Numbered from the stretch's first letter, positions 12,262 to 25,084 are shown. The stretch is 64,000 nt of DNA from a cyanobacterium endosymbiont of Rhopalodia gibba (GCA_045159875.1 CP067995.1:1248001-1312000); one strand, 5' to 3'. Translations and numbers: made by a program. The notes: generated from the letters alone by a model not told the origin.

Positions 12262-13305
12262 TTAAACCGATACTAAATTTCTCTTTTCCGAATTATCTTG
12301 GAGTAATCCAGTAAGTAAAGAAGCAGGAGGTTCTTTATAAGGCCAAGCAAACGCATGACGAAAAGCTGAATCTTGACAAGCTTGCAATTGGTTAAAATCA
12401 ATAACATCTTGAGTCAATAGATTTTCGTATTCAAAGGGGAGACGGACATTATGTAACCCGGCATTATCTGTACAAATTGCAATATCAACTCCTGCTTCAA
12501 AACAACGATCAAAGACAACTTTCAATTCTTTTAAATCTTCTAGTGTTCCTGTCTTTAAATAAGTAGTTGGACAGACTTCTAAACATTGTTTTGATTGAGC
12601 GATTTCTGGTAATAATTCAGGATGCTTCAAAGGGATTTGAATCCCGTGACCGATACGCATTAGATAAGGAAGAAGTTCTCGATAACAACCATCTGGGGTT
12701 TCGTAAAGGTGTCCAGTAGTTTTTAACCCTAAAGAATGAGCATACTGATATAAACTAGTAAACTCTCCTAATCTTTCTTCGTAATGAGAGTCTCCTCCTG
12801 CTATATCAACAGCGCAGACATAACCTCTTGTATTAGCTGCTAAATCAATAATCGCTTTATTAACTTCATAGGGTAAACGGGAGTGCATACAAAGAATCTG
12901 GCTAATAATAATCGGATATTCTTTAACTTGAGTTGCTTTTCCAACAATTTCAACAATATTTGTCATGCTATCAATCCGTTTCGATTGGCTCAGATGGTCG
13001 GGGGTCCGTAAATAAGGGGTGTAGCGCAACTCTAGATAGGCTAAATTCTCAAAAATATAAGCCCCTCGAATCAATCGATAAATAAAATAGGGAAGGGTCT
13101 GTTCTGTTTGAACCTTTTCGACGAGAGTGTGTAACTCTAGATATTCATCGAGAGTATTACGTTTACGGGTGTAAAATTTTTCAAATCCTGGATATTCAGG
13201 AAATCGCAGTGCCATTTCTAAGTCATGGCGTTTAAAATATCGCCAGAGAATGCGAGGAACCACAGATCCTCCTAAATGACGATGTAAGTCTGCGTATAGA
13301 GCCAC
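12262..13305 (-). CDS. add: Adenosine deaminase
   Basis: ADLHRHLGGS, YLELRYTP, RIGHG, LEVCPT and ICTDN motifs of the amidohydrolase/ADA family. Confidence 0.9.
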   Translation of the reverse strand: MALYADLHRHLGGSVVPRILWRYFKRHDLEMALRFPEYPGFEKFYTRKRNTLDEYLELHTLVEKVQTEQTLPYFIYRLIRGAYIFENLAYLELRYTPYLRTPDHLSQSKRIDSMTNIVEIVGKATQVKEYPIIISQILCMHSRLPYEVNKAIIDLAANTRGYVCAVDIAGGDSHYEERLGEFTSLYQYAHSLGLKTTGHLYETPDGCYRELLPYLMRIGHGIQIPLKHPELLPEIAQSKQCLEVCPTTYLKTGTLEDLKELKVVFDRCFEAGVDIAICTDNAGLHNVRLPFEYENLLTQDVIDFNQLQACQDSAFRHAFAWPYKEPPASLLTGLLQDNSEKRNLVSV

Positions 13306-14199
13306 AGAAACCTCCTGACAATAGATTGGGTTAAGATTATTCTAGTGTGTCTAAAGCCAAATTAGGTGAATTTCTGGCAAATTCTTCAGACGGTTTCATT
13401 ACAATGTTCCTAGTCCCTACAATTAAAGAAAACTAGAAATATAAAAGCTGATCTCATATTGATTTTTAATATTAGACATTTTTATTAAAAATAAAACTTA
13501 ATAAAATTAGACTAAAAAAGTCACCCAGGTTATTTGTAGTAAAACACTAATTATGGAAAAAGTTAAATATAAATTTTTTTTTGAATTTATTAGACATACC
13601 ATTTTTTTGAAAATTATCAGCTATTTTACAATGAAGATTGTTTTGTCTCCTCAAAGAGGAGATAGTAATGTATTTTTATAATCAGCTGATTACAATATTC
13701 CAGATATCTAGCCTACTTCTTTAAAAGAAAAACTGTTCTGAGTTTCTCTTACAATTGGTGCATTATTCAAATAATTAGTTTCTTTTTACACTCCTAATTT
13801 AACTTGTTAATTTATACTTAAATTTGCATAAAAATTAGGTAAATATATTTGCTATTATTTAACTTACATATATTTACTTCTATTGAGTTTTAATTAAAAG
13901 AGACTTTTCTTTTGCTAGGTTTTTTAAAGTTTTTAAGTTTTTTGTTTAAAAAATTTTTCTGAATTATCTAAATTAGACACTAACTGATTTCACCACATTA
14001 AATTTATAATACTACTTCAGTCTATAGTGTTAATTAACAACATTCTCATAGAGGTTGATCAAAAATTCTAACCTCTTCCGTAAATTTAGTTCCATATTGA
14101 TTATATTTAATGTAACAACAATTAATATCTAGATAAAATGCTTTTACTGCTCTATTCTAGTAGTCTTAGTGATCCAATTTATTGAAAGATTTGGCAAAC

Positions 14200-15118
14200 T
14201 CCAGCAGAACAATAGTTTGAAAAGATTAGAAAACCTAGTTTTGTTGAGTTTCTAGCTATTGTTAATTTATCGTTTTACCAATTATGATATTCTGGTCAAG
14301 CCCTAAAGTATTTATAAGTTTGTCCGCCGACGGTAATAGTCCTAATTTTTAGGGAGCAGACCTCAAGCGAAAGGGATATTAACTGCGTCTCTGGTCACCG
14401 TATAATCAGGGCGATTTCCACTCCCCTTATTCCTGACCATAGGATATTCAGTATTAATGCTTATACTAATAATTCGAAAGAAATGAGGATTTTTGACTGG
14501 ACTTTTTTGTCTTCTAGTTAAGATTACTAACAGCCTGAGAAATCTGCATCAGATTAGCTCAATTCATTTCTTCGTGTCCATGGAACTAAATGTCCATCAC
14601 TGCATCCCCAATCTATTTATCAACCCAACTCCCTGCTTGACAGAACAAATTTACAATTAGAGAAGACAGTAGTTTGTAATCAAGTTGCCTAGCTAAAGCT
14701 ATAGAACTTCTCAGATTTACCACTTTTACTGGAATTAAACGGTGTCGATGTAGGATTATAATATCCTTATGTTAGGGTTTCTCATTTATCTTAAAAACGC
14801 AATTGTATTGAGATAAAAAAATTAAACTTTCATCCGACCAAAAGAAATAAATTCCCATTTTTAGTCAAAATCTAAACACTGATACAACCCTCATTAACAA
14901 AAATTCAGTTACTAATTTCTAAATCAATGAGAATAAATTCTTCTGTCTATCTTGACTGCAAAATTGGGTAATTGGGAGAAACACAATTATCATTGACCAT
15001 ACAATCATTATCTTTACTTTGTAAAATATCCCAATAGTTCTTTTCTCCTAAAAATTAGGTAACATTTATCTTTTTCGATCAATCAAAGTATATGAGGGGT
15101 ATGAGCCAGATTTTTCAT
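14200..15118 (-). pseudogene. FHA-domain class III adenylate cyclase (Cya1-like) pseudogene
   Basis: GSWVDK*IGDAVM (cf. VDKYIGDAVMA) and GSGNRPDYTVTRDAVN (cf. DYTAIGDTVN); N-terminal FHA-like fragments; many stops. Confidence 0.8.
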
Positions 15119-15169
15119 GGATTTCTTAGGGACGAAAGCATAACGATAATCGCATAAGTTGGAAATCTA

Positions 15170-15930
15170 TTTTAAACTTGATCTTCATTAAGCAAAAGAA
15201 TCTACTAGTCAAAATAGACTATCCACTAAAATTGGACCCAATATTACACCGGCTAAAATTAACTAATGATAATAGAGTTGTTGTATTGCCCATAAGCCAA
15301 TCCTTAAGAGAATTTCAACAAAAACTCCTGCCCGACTCATTCCCCAAAAGGTTTGGACTTGAGCTAATGCTTTTTGAAAAATTGGTGTACCTACTAAAAT
15401 AGGTTCGATCTGCGTCAATTGTTGCTAATTAGAAATTAATCCTGTCAGATAAAAATAAAAATCCGTAATTCTCGTCCCCAACAACGACCTCAGATAGAAA
15501 ACCTTTTCTATCGTACCCCAACCAGGCTAAAGTCCCAAAATTGCTACCGGAGCTCCGATTGACTCAATAGGAAGAGCAATTAAGAGTTCCTAGCTCAACC
15601 AACCTCAATAAATAGAGCCTACCAGCTAGCCAACTCCAGGTAAGCCCCACACTAAATTTCCCTAATTATAGGTGCATTAGTGTTTCATTCGATAATTCCT
15701 AACTAAGGCTATCCCCCGTCATTAATAAACTAAATTGGGGATATAAACGAATCAAGGGAGCTTGAATAAAAACTGGAAAAGACACTAAAAATCCAGCAGT
15801 CCAAAACATTGGTTATCCTAAGAATACTTGTGAATATCTGGAAATTAGGCTTAGGAACTGTTACGGTAAATCACCAAGACAGTCAGAGAACAGATCGGAA
15901 GGCGATGGAATTTATGTTCTGTTAACTTAA
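15170..15930 (-). pseudogene. DUF3120-like cyanobacterial membrane protein pseudogene
   Basis: AGFLVSFPVFIQAPLIRLYP, WSWLAGRLYL, LPIESIGAP, FYLRSLLGT and IILGPILVDSLF fragments with stops and frameshifts. Confidence 0.75.
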
Positions 15931-16242
15931 TACAACTATCAATTATGAGAATTCTTTTTACTTAACTTACCGTAAAGTTTTTTTTATATATATTCCTCCA
16001 GGGGGGATACAATTCGTTGTAACAAATATCCTGGGGAAAATCAATTCACCCAGTGGTTAAATTCTTTTTCAAAGATTTAAGAGATTTTTAGAAGCCATGC
16101 ACAAAGAACTCCGCACCATGATTTATGAAATATTTAATAAGCTTTTGCTTTAAGCACAGCACTGTAGCTACGGCACAGTCCAGTCTTCCTAATCTGCTTC
16201 CTAGTCCGCAAACTAGGGACATCTCACCCATAAGGATGCACA

Positions 16243-16268
16243 GTATTTACTACAAATGTAGTAAATAC
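16243..16268. repeat. Perfect inverted repeat, 12-bp arms
   Basis: GTATTTACTACA-aa-TGTAGTAAATAC. Confidence 0.85.
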
Positions 16269-16988
16269 GTCCATAATAAGTGGTTGGAGATACACTAGAC
16301 AACACTATGTTAAGAACTATTAAAAACATAGGTAAACTGTCAACTCATAATGGAGAAATTGGAAATTTCTTATCTTAAAAAGCTCAAACAAAGCTTGCAA
16401 TCAATAGAGATATTAGCTAAATTAAACGACTATTTTAAACCTATTTAAATAATATTTAAAGTTTTTTATTTAGGTTTTAGTTAGTCAACTTCCTTCCTTT
16501 TCTGATTGTTAACAAGAAATATCTTTACTTTTAAACCGTTTCTTCTTGAGCCTAAGCTGATAACTAGTTTCTGTCATTGCTATCGCTAATTCATATTTGA
16601 GCTCCAAGATACTATCAATTAATTTATCTTTTTTTATTTTTTTAAATTCGTTCTCAACTCTGAGAAATAAGAATATCACTATCATCAAATTATCTAAAAC
16701 TAGTCCATCTATAACGATTTTTCTCGACGGGTAATTTTCTTCACTTTCAATCCCATTGCTAAAACTTAAATTGCACTAGCTCTATATTTTTTTATTCGAT
16801 AAATCATTTTAACTTGACTTTACTCGAGTAAAGTATTTTCCTCCTTTAACTTAATTTTTTTAAAAAAACAAGGAGATGACATTAGTTGATTAAAGTTCTT
16901 ATGAAGACCTATATTAAAAAAATTAAGTGTCTGGTTATAATAATTATTTTTTAATGTAAAACAAATACTAATATAGTGCTGATTAAAC

Positions 16989-17017
16989 AATCAGCTGTTA
17001 ATTAATAACAGCTGATT
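16989..17017. repeat. Perfect inverted repeat, 12-bp arms, upstream of thiL
   Basis: AATCAGCTGTTA-attaa-TAACAGCTGATT. Confidence 0.85.
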
Positions 17018-17124
17018 AATTTTTCTACCTGATAGATAATTTTTAACAAATAGCTATTTTTATTTTGATAATATAAATATTAATGACATTTATTTATATT
17101 GTCAAAAATATTTGAGGTAAAAAA

Positions 17125-18123
17125 ATGAAATTTAACCAATCTATCAACGATATTGGTGAACAAGGGTTATTAAAAAAACTTCAGCTCTTTTGTCCTGGAA
17201 ATATTATCGGGGATGATGGAGCGGTTTTATCAGTCAACTCTCAAGAGCAATTAGTAATAACTACTGACGTTTTGGTAGATGGGGTTCATTTTAGTGATCA
17301 GACTACTCCTCCTGAAACCGTAGGATGGCGTGCTGCTGCGGCTAATTTATCTGATTTGGCCGCAATGGGAGCCACTCCCATTGGCATTACGGTAGGATTA
17401 TCTTTACCAGGGGAGTTGATGGTAACTTGGGTAGAAAAGCTTTATCAAGGATTAACCGATTGCTTGCAACAGTATCAAACCCCCATTGTTGGTGGCGATA
17501 TCTGTCGTTCCCCGGTTGCTACCATAAATATCACCGCTTTTGGAACTGTAGTGCCTCACCGTGTTATTCGTCGTTCCTCAGCTCAACCTGGAGACGCTAT
17601 CCTAATGACAGGAACTCATGGGAAATCTTATAAAGGATTACAATTATTACTCAATCCCAAGTTAGGCAAAAATCTCTCCCAATCTGAACGAAACGCCTTA
17701 ATCGAAGCCCACCAACGCCCCAAACCTCGCTTAGATGTCCTTCCACTACTTTGGGAAATGATGGAAACAACATCAGTGGCCGGAATAGACAGTAGTGATG
17801 GGTTAGCTGATGGAGTTCTGCAAATCTGTCATATGAGTGGAGTGGGAGCAAGACTAGAACGCTCGCAAGTTGAATCTCCTCCAAGTTCATTGGAATGGAT
17901 GTCACCAGAAGAAGCTTTATATTGGACTTTGTATGGAGGAGAAGATTTCGAATTAATTCTCTGTTTACCCTTAGAATTGGCCGAGAAATTAGTAAAACAG
18001 TTAGGAAATGGAGCTGCTATTATTGGAACAGTTACAGAAGAAATAAACGTTATTTTAGTTGATAGTCAAGAACGACATCCCTCTCAAAAATTAACTCTAA
18101 CTAAAGGGTTTCAGCACTTTTAA
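17125..18123 (+). CDS. thiL: Thiamine-monophosphate kinase
   Basis: IGDDGAV, TDVLVDGVHF, ANLSDLAAMGATP, IDSSDGL, GGEDFELI. Confidence 0.96.
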   Translation: MKFNQSINDIGEQGLLKKLQLFCPGNIIGDDGAVLSVNSQEQLVITTDVLVDGVHFSDQTTPPETVGWRAAAANLSDLAAMGATPIGITVGLSLPGELMVTWVEKLYQGLTDCLQQYQTPIVGGDICRSPVATINITAFGTVVPHRVIRRSSAQPGDAILMTGTHGKSYKGLQLLLNPKLGKNLSQSERNALIEAHQRPKPRLDVLPLLWEMMETTSVAGIDSSDGLADGVLQICHMSGVGARLERSQVESPPSSLEWMSPEEALYWTLYGGEDFELILCLPLELAEKLVKQLGNGAAIIGTVTEEINVILVDSQERHPSQKLTLTKGFQHF

Positions 18124-18279
18124 TTGTTGCCAATTATCTAGTTTAAGTTGAGAGACTAATAGTGATATCCTTCAGCAGTACAAAAAAAATTAAGAAGAAA
18201 TATAAAAAAAATAAATTAGTGATGAATAAATGAGCAATTTTTCTTGAAGTTATCTATCGCATATTTTCTATAGAGACTA

Positions 18280-18785
18280 AAACAAATCCATTGTTGAACG
18301 CTGAAGAGGTTCGTTACAAAGTTACTAAATAGTGAACGACATCATTTCCCACATCCATCACTAAACACTAGTTCCACGATGGTTATATAGGGATAAGTAT
18401 ATCCTCCATCGCGTACTACATAAAAAACCCTTTTTCGACCAATAGCTCTCCCAACATCAAGTTTACCGATAATATTGGGGGCAATTCCGTATGGGGACAA
18501 TTTGACTGTTTACATGACTTCGTACGGTTCTATATAACTACGAACCTGCTAAAAAACCTTGGTCCATCGCCTTTAATGCAAAAATTAACACGAGAACCTT
18601 TTCATTTAATACTTGAGACAAGTAATAACCCTGATGTCATTTCCGGTCCTAAAACTACTTTAGCGATCTATAGAAAGGGATTGTATCGTACTCTTGCTTT
18701 TCCGGTTAATAGAGTCGAGATTACGCCAACAGCTCTAATTTTATCTTTTACTGTAGGGTAACCTTAATTCGTAATATGTGCTACG
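18280..18785 (-). pseudogene. hslO: Hsp33 redox chaperone pseudogene (N-terminal half only)
   Basis: KIRAVGVISTLLTGKARVRY, SGLLLVSSIK*KGSRVNFCIKGDGP, ELPPNIIGKLDVGRAIG and YVVRDGGYTYPY..IVELV; stops and frameshifts; C-terminal Zn domain not recognisable. Confidence 0.85.
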
Positions 18786-19008
18786 AATATCCTTACATTT
18801 CTTAATGTCTGTTTTCTTATTCTAATCTGGGGGTCTATATTCGTAAGAGAAGAAACAATAGTTCTGGAGAGGGAATTTCTTCCTCCGAAAATATTACCTA
18901 TGAGTAATTTGTCAGAAAGCGGATAACGTCTTGAATGAACATTCCATTCCACTTACCGATGTCAGAACTGGTATCAAAATTACTAAAAATCAATACTTTG
19001 GAGTTATT

Positions 19009-19338
19009 ATGATTCAAATTACACCAGCTGCAGTTAAAGAAGTCCAACGAATGCAGAGCAGCCGTCAAAAAGTAGACAATTACTTTCGACTAAGGGTGAA
19101 CAAGGGAGGATGTTCCGGACTATACTATATTTGTGAATTGTCTGAAACCCGACAAGAAAGCGATTGTCTATACCAAATAGAAGGAATTTCAATGCTGATT
19201 GATCAGTCCAGTATTCCCTATCTTGAAGGGTTACGTTTGGACTATGCTGAAGACTTGATGGGTGGGTGGTTCCGCTTCTCTAACCCCCAGGTTGCGGCGA
19301 CCTGTAGTTGTGGTTTATCCTTTACTATCAACCATTAA
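19009..19338 (+). CDS. HesB/IscA-family Fe-S cluster assembly protein
   Basis: MIQITPAA, GGCSGLYY, LDYAEDLMGG.FRFSNP, TCSCGLSF. Confidence 0.92.
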   Translation: MIQITPAAVKEVQRMQSSRQKVDNYFRLRVNKGGCSGLYYICELSETRQESDCLYQIEGISMLIDQSSIPYLEGLRLDYAEDLMGGWFRFSNPQVAATCSCGLSFTINH

Positions 19339-19362
19339 CAAAAAAAAACACACCTTTAGGAG

Positions 19363-19392
19363 TTGACAGACTATCTCCAATATAGGTATCAT
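19363..19392 (+). promoter_or_regulatory. Putative sigma70-type promoter of the str operon
   Basis: TTGACA (19363) - 18 nt - TATCAT (19387), about 65 nt upstream of rpsL. Confidence 0.55.
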
Positions 19393-19456
19393 GGTAATTT
19401 GTCAACGGCTATATTAATGATTAAGGGTTGGTTGTAACCCTGATTTGAGTTTACCC

Positions 19457-19831
19457 ATGCCCACTATTCAACAACTTATTCGCAGCGAACGCTCAAAACT
19501 GAAAAAGAAGACGAAATCGCCAGCACTCAAGCAGTGTCCCCAACGTCGGGGGGTGTGTACCAGGGTTTACACAACTACCCCAAAAAAGCCTAACTCAGCC
19601 TTGAGAAAAGTAGCACGGGTTCGTCTTACTTCCGGCTTTGAAGTCACCGCTTATATCCCTGGGATTGGTCATAATTTACAAGAGCACTCCGTTGTCCTTA
19701 TTCGTGGAGGTAGGGTCAAAGACCTGCCTGGAGTACGCTATCATATCATTCGCGGAACATTAGATGCGCAAGGGGTCAAAGATCGCAAACAAGGGCGTTC
19801 TAAATATGGAACCAAACGACCCAAAGGATAG
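19457..19831 (+). CDS. rpsL: 30S ribosomal protein S12
   Basis: MPTIQQLIR...[16 protein letters not shown]...[12 protein letters not shown]. Confidence 0.99.
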   Translation: MPTIQQLIRSERSKLKKKTKSPALKQCPQRRGVCTRVYTTTPKKPNSALRKVARVRLTSGFEVTAYIPGIGHNLQEHSVVLIRGGRVKDLPGVRYHIIRGTLDAQGVKDRKQGRSKYGTKRPKG

Positions 19832-20119
19832 GATTCCCAAAGGATAAGATTATAGATAGGGTGTATCTAATTATTAATTATCACTAAGTCTAAAAGTATA
19901 ATTGTTTCTAGTTAGGCGATCATCATATACCTTAGTTCCACCTAGTCTTGCCTTGAACGATGAACGATTGTAGTTTTCTTAGAGAGAAATCGGATTCAAA
20001 GGCAATGCTAAAGAATGTAAGGCCATAAACGACGAATATCTCCCAAGTATACTATCCTCTTCATGGGAAGAAGGGGAAACCATAATCACTATCTTATAAT
20101 TTAAGAGGAAAACCCAACT

Positions 20120-20590
20120 ATGTCTCGTAGAGGAAACATAAAAAGACGACCGGTTCCCCCCGATCCTGTTTATAACAGCCGTTTACTCAGTATGACAATC
20201 CGTCGAGTAATGAAAAGCGGCAAAAAGTCCGTAGCGGCTGGCATTATCTATAATGCGATGACGTCCATCAGTGAAAAGACGGGAACTGATTCTTTAGAAG
20301 TTTTTGAAAAAGCTATTAAAAATCTGACCCCCTTAGTAGAGGTTAAGGCGCGTCGGGTTGGAGGTGCTACCTATCAAGTTCCCATGGAAGTTCGTTCTTC
20401 ACGGGGAACAACCCTAGCGTTACGTTGGTTAGTCCACTATGCTCGTATTAGAGGAGGTCGCACCATGGCAAGCAAATTAGCCAGTGAAATTATGGACGCA
20501 GCTAACGAAACCGGGGGAGCAATGAAGAAACGGGATGAAACCCACCGTATGGCTGAAGCAAACAAAGCCTTTGCTCACTATCGCTATTAA
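20120..20590 (+). CDS. rpsG: 30S ribosomal protein S7
   Basis: [29 protein letters not shown]; str operon context. Confidence 0.99.
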   Translation: MSRRGNIKRRPVPPDPVYNSRLLSMTIRRVMKSGKKSVAAGIIYNAMTSISEKTGTDSLEVFEKAIKNLTPLVEVKARRVGGATYQVPMEVRSSRGTTLALRWLVHYARIRGGRTMASKLASEIMDAANETGGAMKKRDETHRMAEANKAFAHYRY

Positions 20591-20700
20591 GGGCTATTTT
20601 TGCAAGGGAGCAGTGGCTAAAGCCCGATAAAACGCCCATTCTCCTATAGTGTGAACAGATAACCCATGAAACTAGTTTAGACAAAACCAAGGAGGTAGCT

Positions 20701-22788
20701 GTGGCACGTACTATTCCACTGGAGAGGGTGCGAAATATAGGCATCGCAGCCCATATAGATGCAGGCAAAACCACCACGACCGAGCGAATTCTATTTTATA
20801 CAGGAGTCGCCCACAAACTTGGCGAAGTCCATGAAGGGACTGCCACCATGGACTGGATGGCACAAGAACAGGAACGAGGCATCACCATCACTGCTGCTGC
20901 CATTAGTACAAGTTGGCTTGACCACCGGATTAATATCATCGATACTCCAGGTCATGTGGATTTTACCATTGAAGTAGAACGCTCTATGCGGGTATTAGAT
21001 GGTGTAATAGCTGTATTTTGTTCCGTGGGAGGTGTCCAGCCTCAATCAGAGACAGTATGGCGACAAGCGGAACGCTACCAAGTCCCTCGCCTTGCCTTTG
21101 TGAACAAGATGGATCGCACCGGAGCTGACTTCTTCAGGGTTTGCGAACAAATTAAAAATCGCCTCAGAGCTAATTCAGTGCCGATTCAAATTCCCATTGG
21201 GAGTGAAAACGATTTCCGTGGCATTGTAGACTTGGTTCGGATGCGGGCTAAAATATATCAAGATGACTTAGGTAGAAATATCGAAGATACGGATGTCCCT
21301 GAGGAATTTTTAGAGCAAGCCCTTGAATATCGAAGTAAACTCATTGAGGCGGTAGCTGAAAATAATGAAGATCTTTTAGAAAGATATCTCGAAGGAGAAC
21401 AACTAACTGAAGCTGAGCTCAAACAGGGACTACGCTTAGGAATTCTTAAGCGTTCTATTATCCCTCTCCTTTGTGGTTCTGCTTTCAAAAATAAAGGGGT
21501 GCAACTGCTTCTCGATGCTGTAGTCGACTATTTACCCTCTCCCCTGGAAGTGCCAGCAATTAAAGGACTATTGCCTGATGGAACTGAAGAAGAGAGAAAA
21601 GCTTTAGACGATGAACCGTTCTCCGCATTAGCTTTTAAAATTGCTGCTGATCCCTATGGACGCCTGACCTTTATGCGGGTTTATTCAGGGGTTTTGGCTA
21701 AAGGGACTTATATATATAACTCAACAAAAAATAGCAAAGAACGACTTTCACGCTTAATAGTCCTAAAATCTAATGATCGCATTGAAGTTGATGAATTAAG
21801 AGCCGGAGACTTGGGAGCTGCCATTGGCTTAAAAAATACTACCACGGGGGATACCCTATGTGATGAGAATAAGCCCATAATCCTTGAATCTTTATTCATC
21901 CCAGAACCGGTTATTTCAGTTGCTGTCGAACCCAAAACTAAACAGGATATGGAAAAGCTTTCCAAAGCCCTTGAAGCTCTCTCTGATGAAGATCCCACCT
22001 TCCGAGTGAGTATCAATCCTGAAACCAATCAAACAGTTATTGCTGGGATGGGGGAATTACACTTAGAGATCCTTGTTGATCGAATGCTGCGAGAATATAA
22101 GGTAGAGGCAACAGTGGGTAAACCCCAAGTAGCCTATCGTGAAACCATCCGTAAACCCTGTGACGCGGAAGGTAAGTATATTCGCCAGAGTGGGGGAAAA
22201 GGCCAATATGGGCATGTCATCATTCACCTTGAACCAGGAGAATCAGGGAGCGGTTTTGAATTTATTTCCAAAATTGTCGGGGGAATCATACCTAAAGAGT
22301 ATATCGCCCCTGTGGAACAGGGGATAAAAGAAGCTTGTGGATCAGGTATTATTGCAGGGTATCCCGTCATCGACCTTAAGGTAACGCTGGTTGATGGTTC
22401 CTACCATGATGTTGATTCTTCAGAAATGGCCTTCAAAATTGCCGGTTCAATGGCCATTCGCAATGCGGTCACTAAAGCCTCCCCCGTTGTGCTAGAACCA
22501 ATGATGAAAGTTGAGGTAGAAGTCCCTGAAGATTTTCTAGGAGAGGTCATGGGAGATCTAAACTCTCGTCGTGGCAGCATCGAAGGGATGGAATCTGAAG
22601 ACGGCCTTGCTAAAGTTTCTGCTCATGTTCCTCTGGCAGAAATGTTTGGTTACGCGACCGATATCCGGTCAAAAACCCAAGGTAGGGGAATCTTCTCGAT
22701 GGAATTTAGCCATTATGCCGAAGTCCCGTCCAGTGTCGCCGGAGCGATCATAGCAAAAAACACAGGGAACGCCTACTACAGTGAATAG
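20701..22788 (+). CDS. fusA: Elongation factor G
   Basis: [39 protein letters not shown]. Confidence 0.99.
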   Translation: MARTIPLERVRNIGIAAHIDAGKTTTTERILFYTGVAHKLGEVHEGTATMDWMAQEQERGITITAAAISTSWLDHRINIIDTPGHVDFTIEVERSMRVLDGVIAVFCSVGGVQPQSETVWRQAERYQVPRLAFVNKMDRTGADFFRVCEQIKNRLRANSVPIQIPIGSENDFRGIVDLVRMRAKIYQDDLGRNIEDTDVPEEFLEQALEYRSKLIEAVAENNEDLLERYLEGEQLTEAELKQGLRLGILKRSIIPLLCGSAFKNKGVQLLLDAVVDYLPSPLEVPAIKGLLPDGTEEERKALDDEPFSALAFKIAADPYGRLTFMRVYSGVLAKGTYIYNSTKNSKERLSRLIVLKSNDRIEVDELRAGDLGAAIGLKNTTTGDTLCDENKPIILESLFIPEPVISVAVEPKTKQDMEKLSKALEALSDEDPTFRVSINPETNQTVIAGMGELHLEILVDRMLREYKVEATVGKPQVAYRETIRKPCDAEGKYIRQSGGKGQYGHVIIHLEPGESGSGFEFISKIVGGIIPKEYIAPVEQGIKEACGSGIIAGYPVIDLKVTLVDGSYHDVDSSEMAFKIAGSMAIRNAVTKASPVVLEPMMKVEVEVPEDFLGEVMGDLNSRRGSIEGMESEDGLAKVSAHVPLAEMFGYATDIRSKTQGRGIFSMEFSHYAEVPSSVAGAIIAKNTGNAYYSE

Positions 22789-22912
22789 CAAACGGTGAAA
22801 AGTGGATAGTAAACCCTTAATAGTTAATAATGGACTACGGGTAACTGATTACTAATCACTGAAATTTATCACTGTGATTTAAACAGAAGACAAAAAAAGG
22901 AACAATTGACTC

Positions 22913-24142
22913 ATGGCACGCGCAAAATTTGAACGGACAAAACCCCACGTTAACATCGGCACCGTCGGTCACGTTGATCATGGAAAAACCACCCTCACAG
23001 CAGCTATTACCATGACTTTGGCTGCTGCAGGTAGTGCTAAAGCTCGTAGCTACGAGGAGATTGATGCAGCCCCTGAAGAAAAAGCGCGGGGTATCACCAT
23101 CAATACTGCCCACGTTGAATATGAAACCCCAAAACGCCACTACGCTCACGTAGACTGCCCAGGACACGCTGACTACGTTAAGAACATGATTACCGGAGCC
23201 GCTCAAATGGACGGAGGCATCTTGGTAGTATCGGCAGCTGACGGACCTATGCCCCAAACTCGTGAACATATTCTGTTAGCAAAACAGGTTGGGGTTCCTA
23301 GCCTAGTGGTCTTTTTAAACAAAGAAGACCAAGTTGATGACGAAGAACTTCTCGAACTGGTAGAACTTGAAGTCCGTGAACTCCTTAGTGAGTATGATTT
23401 TCCTGGAGATGACATTCCCATCGTCACTGGGTCTGCTTTGATGGCCGTAGAAGCTCTAAAAGAAAATCCTAAGCTTGCTGCCGGGGATAATGAATGGACA
23501 GATAAAATCCTGAAGTTGATGGGAGAAGTGGATGCCTATATACCCGAACCCGAGCGAGAAATCGATAAACCCTTCTTGATGGCAGTTGAAGATGTCTTCT
23601 CTATCACTGGTCGGGGAACCGTTGCCACCGGACGGATTGAACGAGGCAAGGTTAAAGTGGGTGAAACCGTTGAGATTGTTGGCATTCGAGAGACCCGTAA
23701 CACCACTGTTACTGGGGTAGAAATGTTTCAGAAAACTCTTGATGAAGGAATAGCAGGAGATAACGTTGGTCTGCTTCTGCGGGGTATTCAAAAAGAAGAC
23801 ATTGAACGGGGAATGGTTCTGGCTAAAGCTGGTTCGATTACTCCCCATACCCTATTTGAAGGTGAAGTTTATGTGTTAACAAAAGAAGAAGGGGGTCGTC
23901 ACACGCCTTTCTTTAAGAACTATCGTCCTCAGTTTTATGTCCGTACCACCGATGTAACTGGAACCATCCAAGACTACACTGCAGATGATGGCAGTGCAGT
24001 GGAAATGGTAATGCCTGGTGACCGGATTAGAATGACTGTGGAACTCATCAATGCTATTGCTATTGAGCAAGGAATGCGTTTTGCAATTCGCGAAGGTGGC
24101 CGTACTATTGGTGCGGGTGTTGTTTCGAAAATTCTTAAGTAG
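22913..24142 (+). CDS. tuf: Elongation factor Tu
   Basis: [36 protein letters not shown]. Confidence 0.99.
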   Translation: MARAKFERTKPHVNIGTVGHVDHGKTTLTAAITMTLAAAGSAKARSYEEIDAAPEEKARGITINTAHVEYETPKRHYAHVDCPGHADYVKNMITGAAQMDGGILVVSAADGPMPQTREHILLAKQVGVPSLVVFLNKEDQVDDEELLELVELEVRELLSEYDFPGDDIPIVTGSALMAVEALKENPKLAAGDNEWTDKILKLMGEVDAYIPEPEREIDKPFLMAVEDVFSITGRGTVATGRIERGKVKVGETVEIVGIRETRNTTVTGVEMFQKTLDEGIAGDNVGLLLRGIQKEDIERGMVLAKAGSITPHTLFEGEVYVLTKEEGGRHTPFFKNYRPQFYVRTTDVTGTIQDYTADDGSAVEMVMPGDRIRMTVELINAIAIEQGMRFAIREGGRTIGAGVVSKILK

Positions 24143-24247
24143 GACAACTTAACCTTGATTAGCGGCCAGTTATCAATCCTTGACTGGTCGCTGACAGAAT
24201 GATGGCTTAATTTATTAATTCCAACTGAACCTTGACAACTAAACATT

Positions 24248-24562
24248 ATGGCTACACTGCAACAAAAAATTCGGATTCGCTTGAAAGCTTTTGATCGTCG
24301 CTTACTTGATACCTCCTGTGAGAAGATTGTTGATACAGCTAACCGAACAGATGCAACTGCAATAGGCCCCATTCCTTTACCCACTAAACGTCGGATTTAT
24401 TGTGTTTTGCGATCACCTCACGTAGACAAAGATTCTCGTGAACACTTTGAAACCAGAACTCACCGAAGAATTATTGATATTTATCAACCTTCTTCCAAAA
24501 CTATTGATGCTCTAATGAAATTAGATTTACCGGCAGGGGTTGAGATTGAAGTTAAACTGTAG
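24248..24562 (+). CDS. rpsJ: 30S ribosomal protein S10
   Basis: [30 protein letters not shown]. Confidence 0.99.
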   Translation: MATLQQKIRIRLKAFDRRLLDTSCEKIVDTANRTDATAIGPIPLPTKRRIYCVLRSPHVDKDSREHFETRTHRRIIDIYQPSSKTIDALMKLDLPAGVEIEVKL

Positions 24563-25084
24563 TATTAACGATTGAGCCTATCCTTTTGATAGAAAATAAA
24601 AAAAGTTGTACTTACAAAACTGATGAGGGTTAAGGCTATTGTATAGCTACTAATAATATTGATTAGAGTTTTAAGAGAGAGCACATAGGTATCTCTCTTT
24701 TTTTCTTTTGACAACAGTTCATTATTGATACTCTTGCGCAAAAAATGGTATTTGGCTATTTTTTGCATATTCAAAAGATTATTGTTATCTTTAAACGCAT
24801 TGTTCTTCTTAAGAAAAAAAAAGAAAAGTCAGTCATATATTGACCGCTAACTAAGAGGAGATAAAAACATACAAGATAGAACACTTGAGCAAGCTTATCA
24901 GGAACACCTGGTCAAAACAGGAGTATTCCGGTAAAACGCGGGTTAGACAGAGAGTTAAAGATAGGAAAAAGAAGCATTATTTATTGAGGTATGACGTTAT
25001 GGAGATCAAATTTTAGCTCGATCTTGTCCGAAACATTTTTTTTTCTAGATAACTTTTACCCAAAATTTGAACCGCATCAAAATA

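Noticed and set aside
18576..18952. Two short ORFs between thiL and iscA
   Set aside because: They overlap the hslO pseudogene or its flank; no independent coding evidence
20502..24384. Antisense and alternative-frame ORFs over rpsG, fusA, tuf and rpsJ
   Set aside because: Shadows of highly conserved genes, with no recognisable motifs
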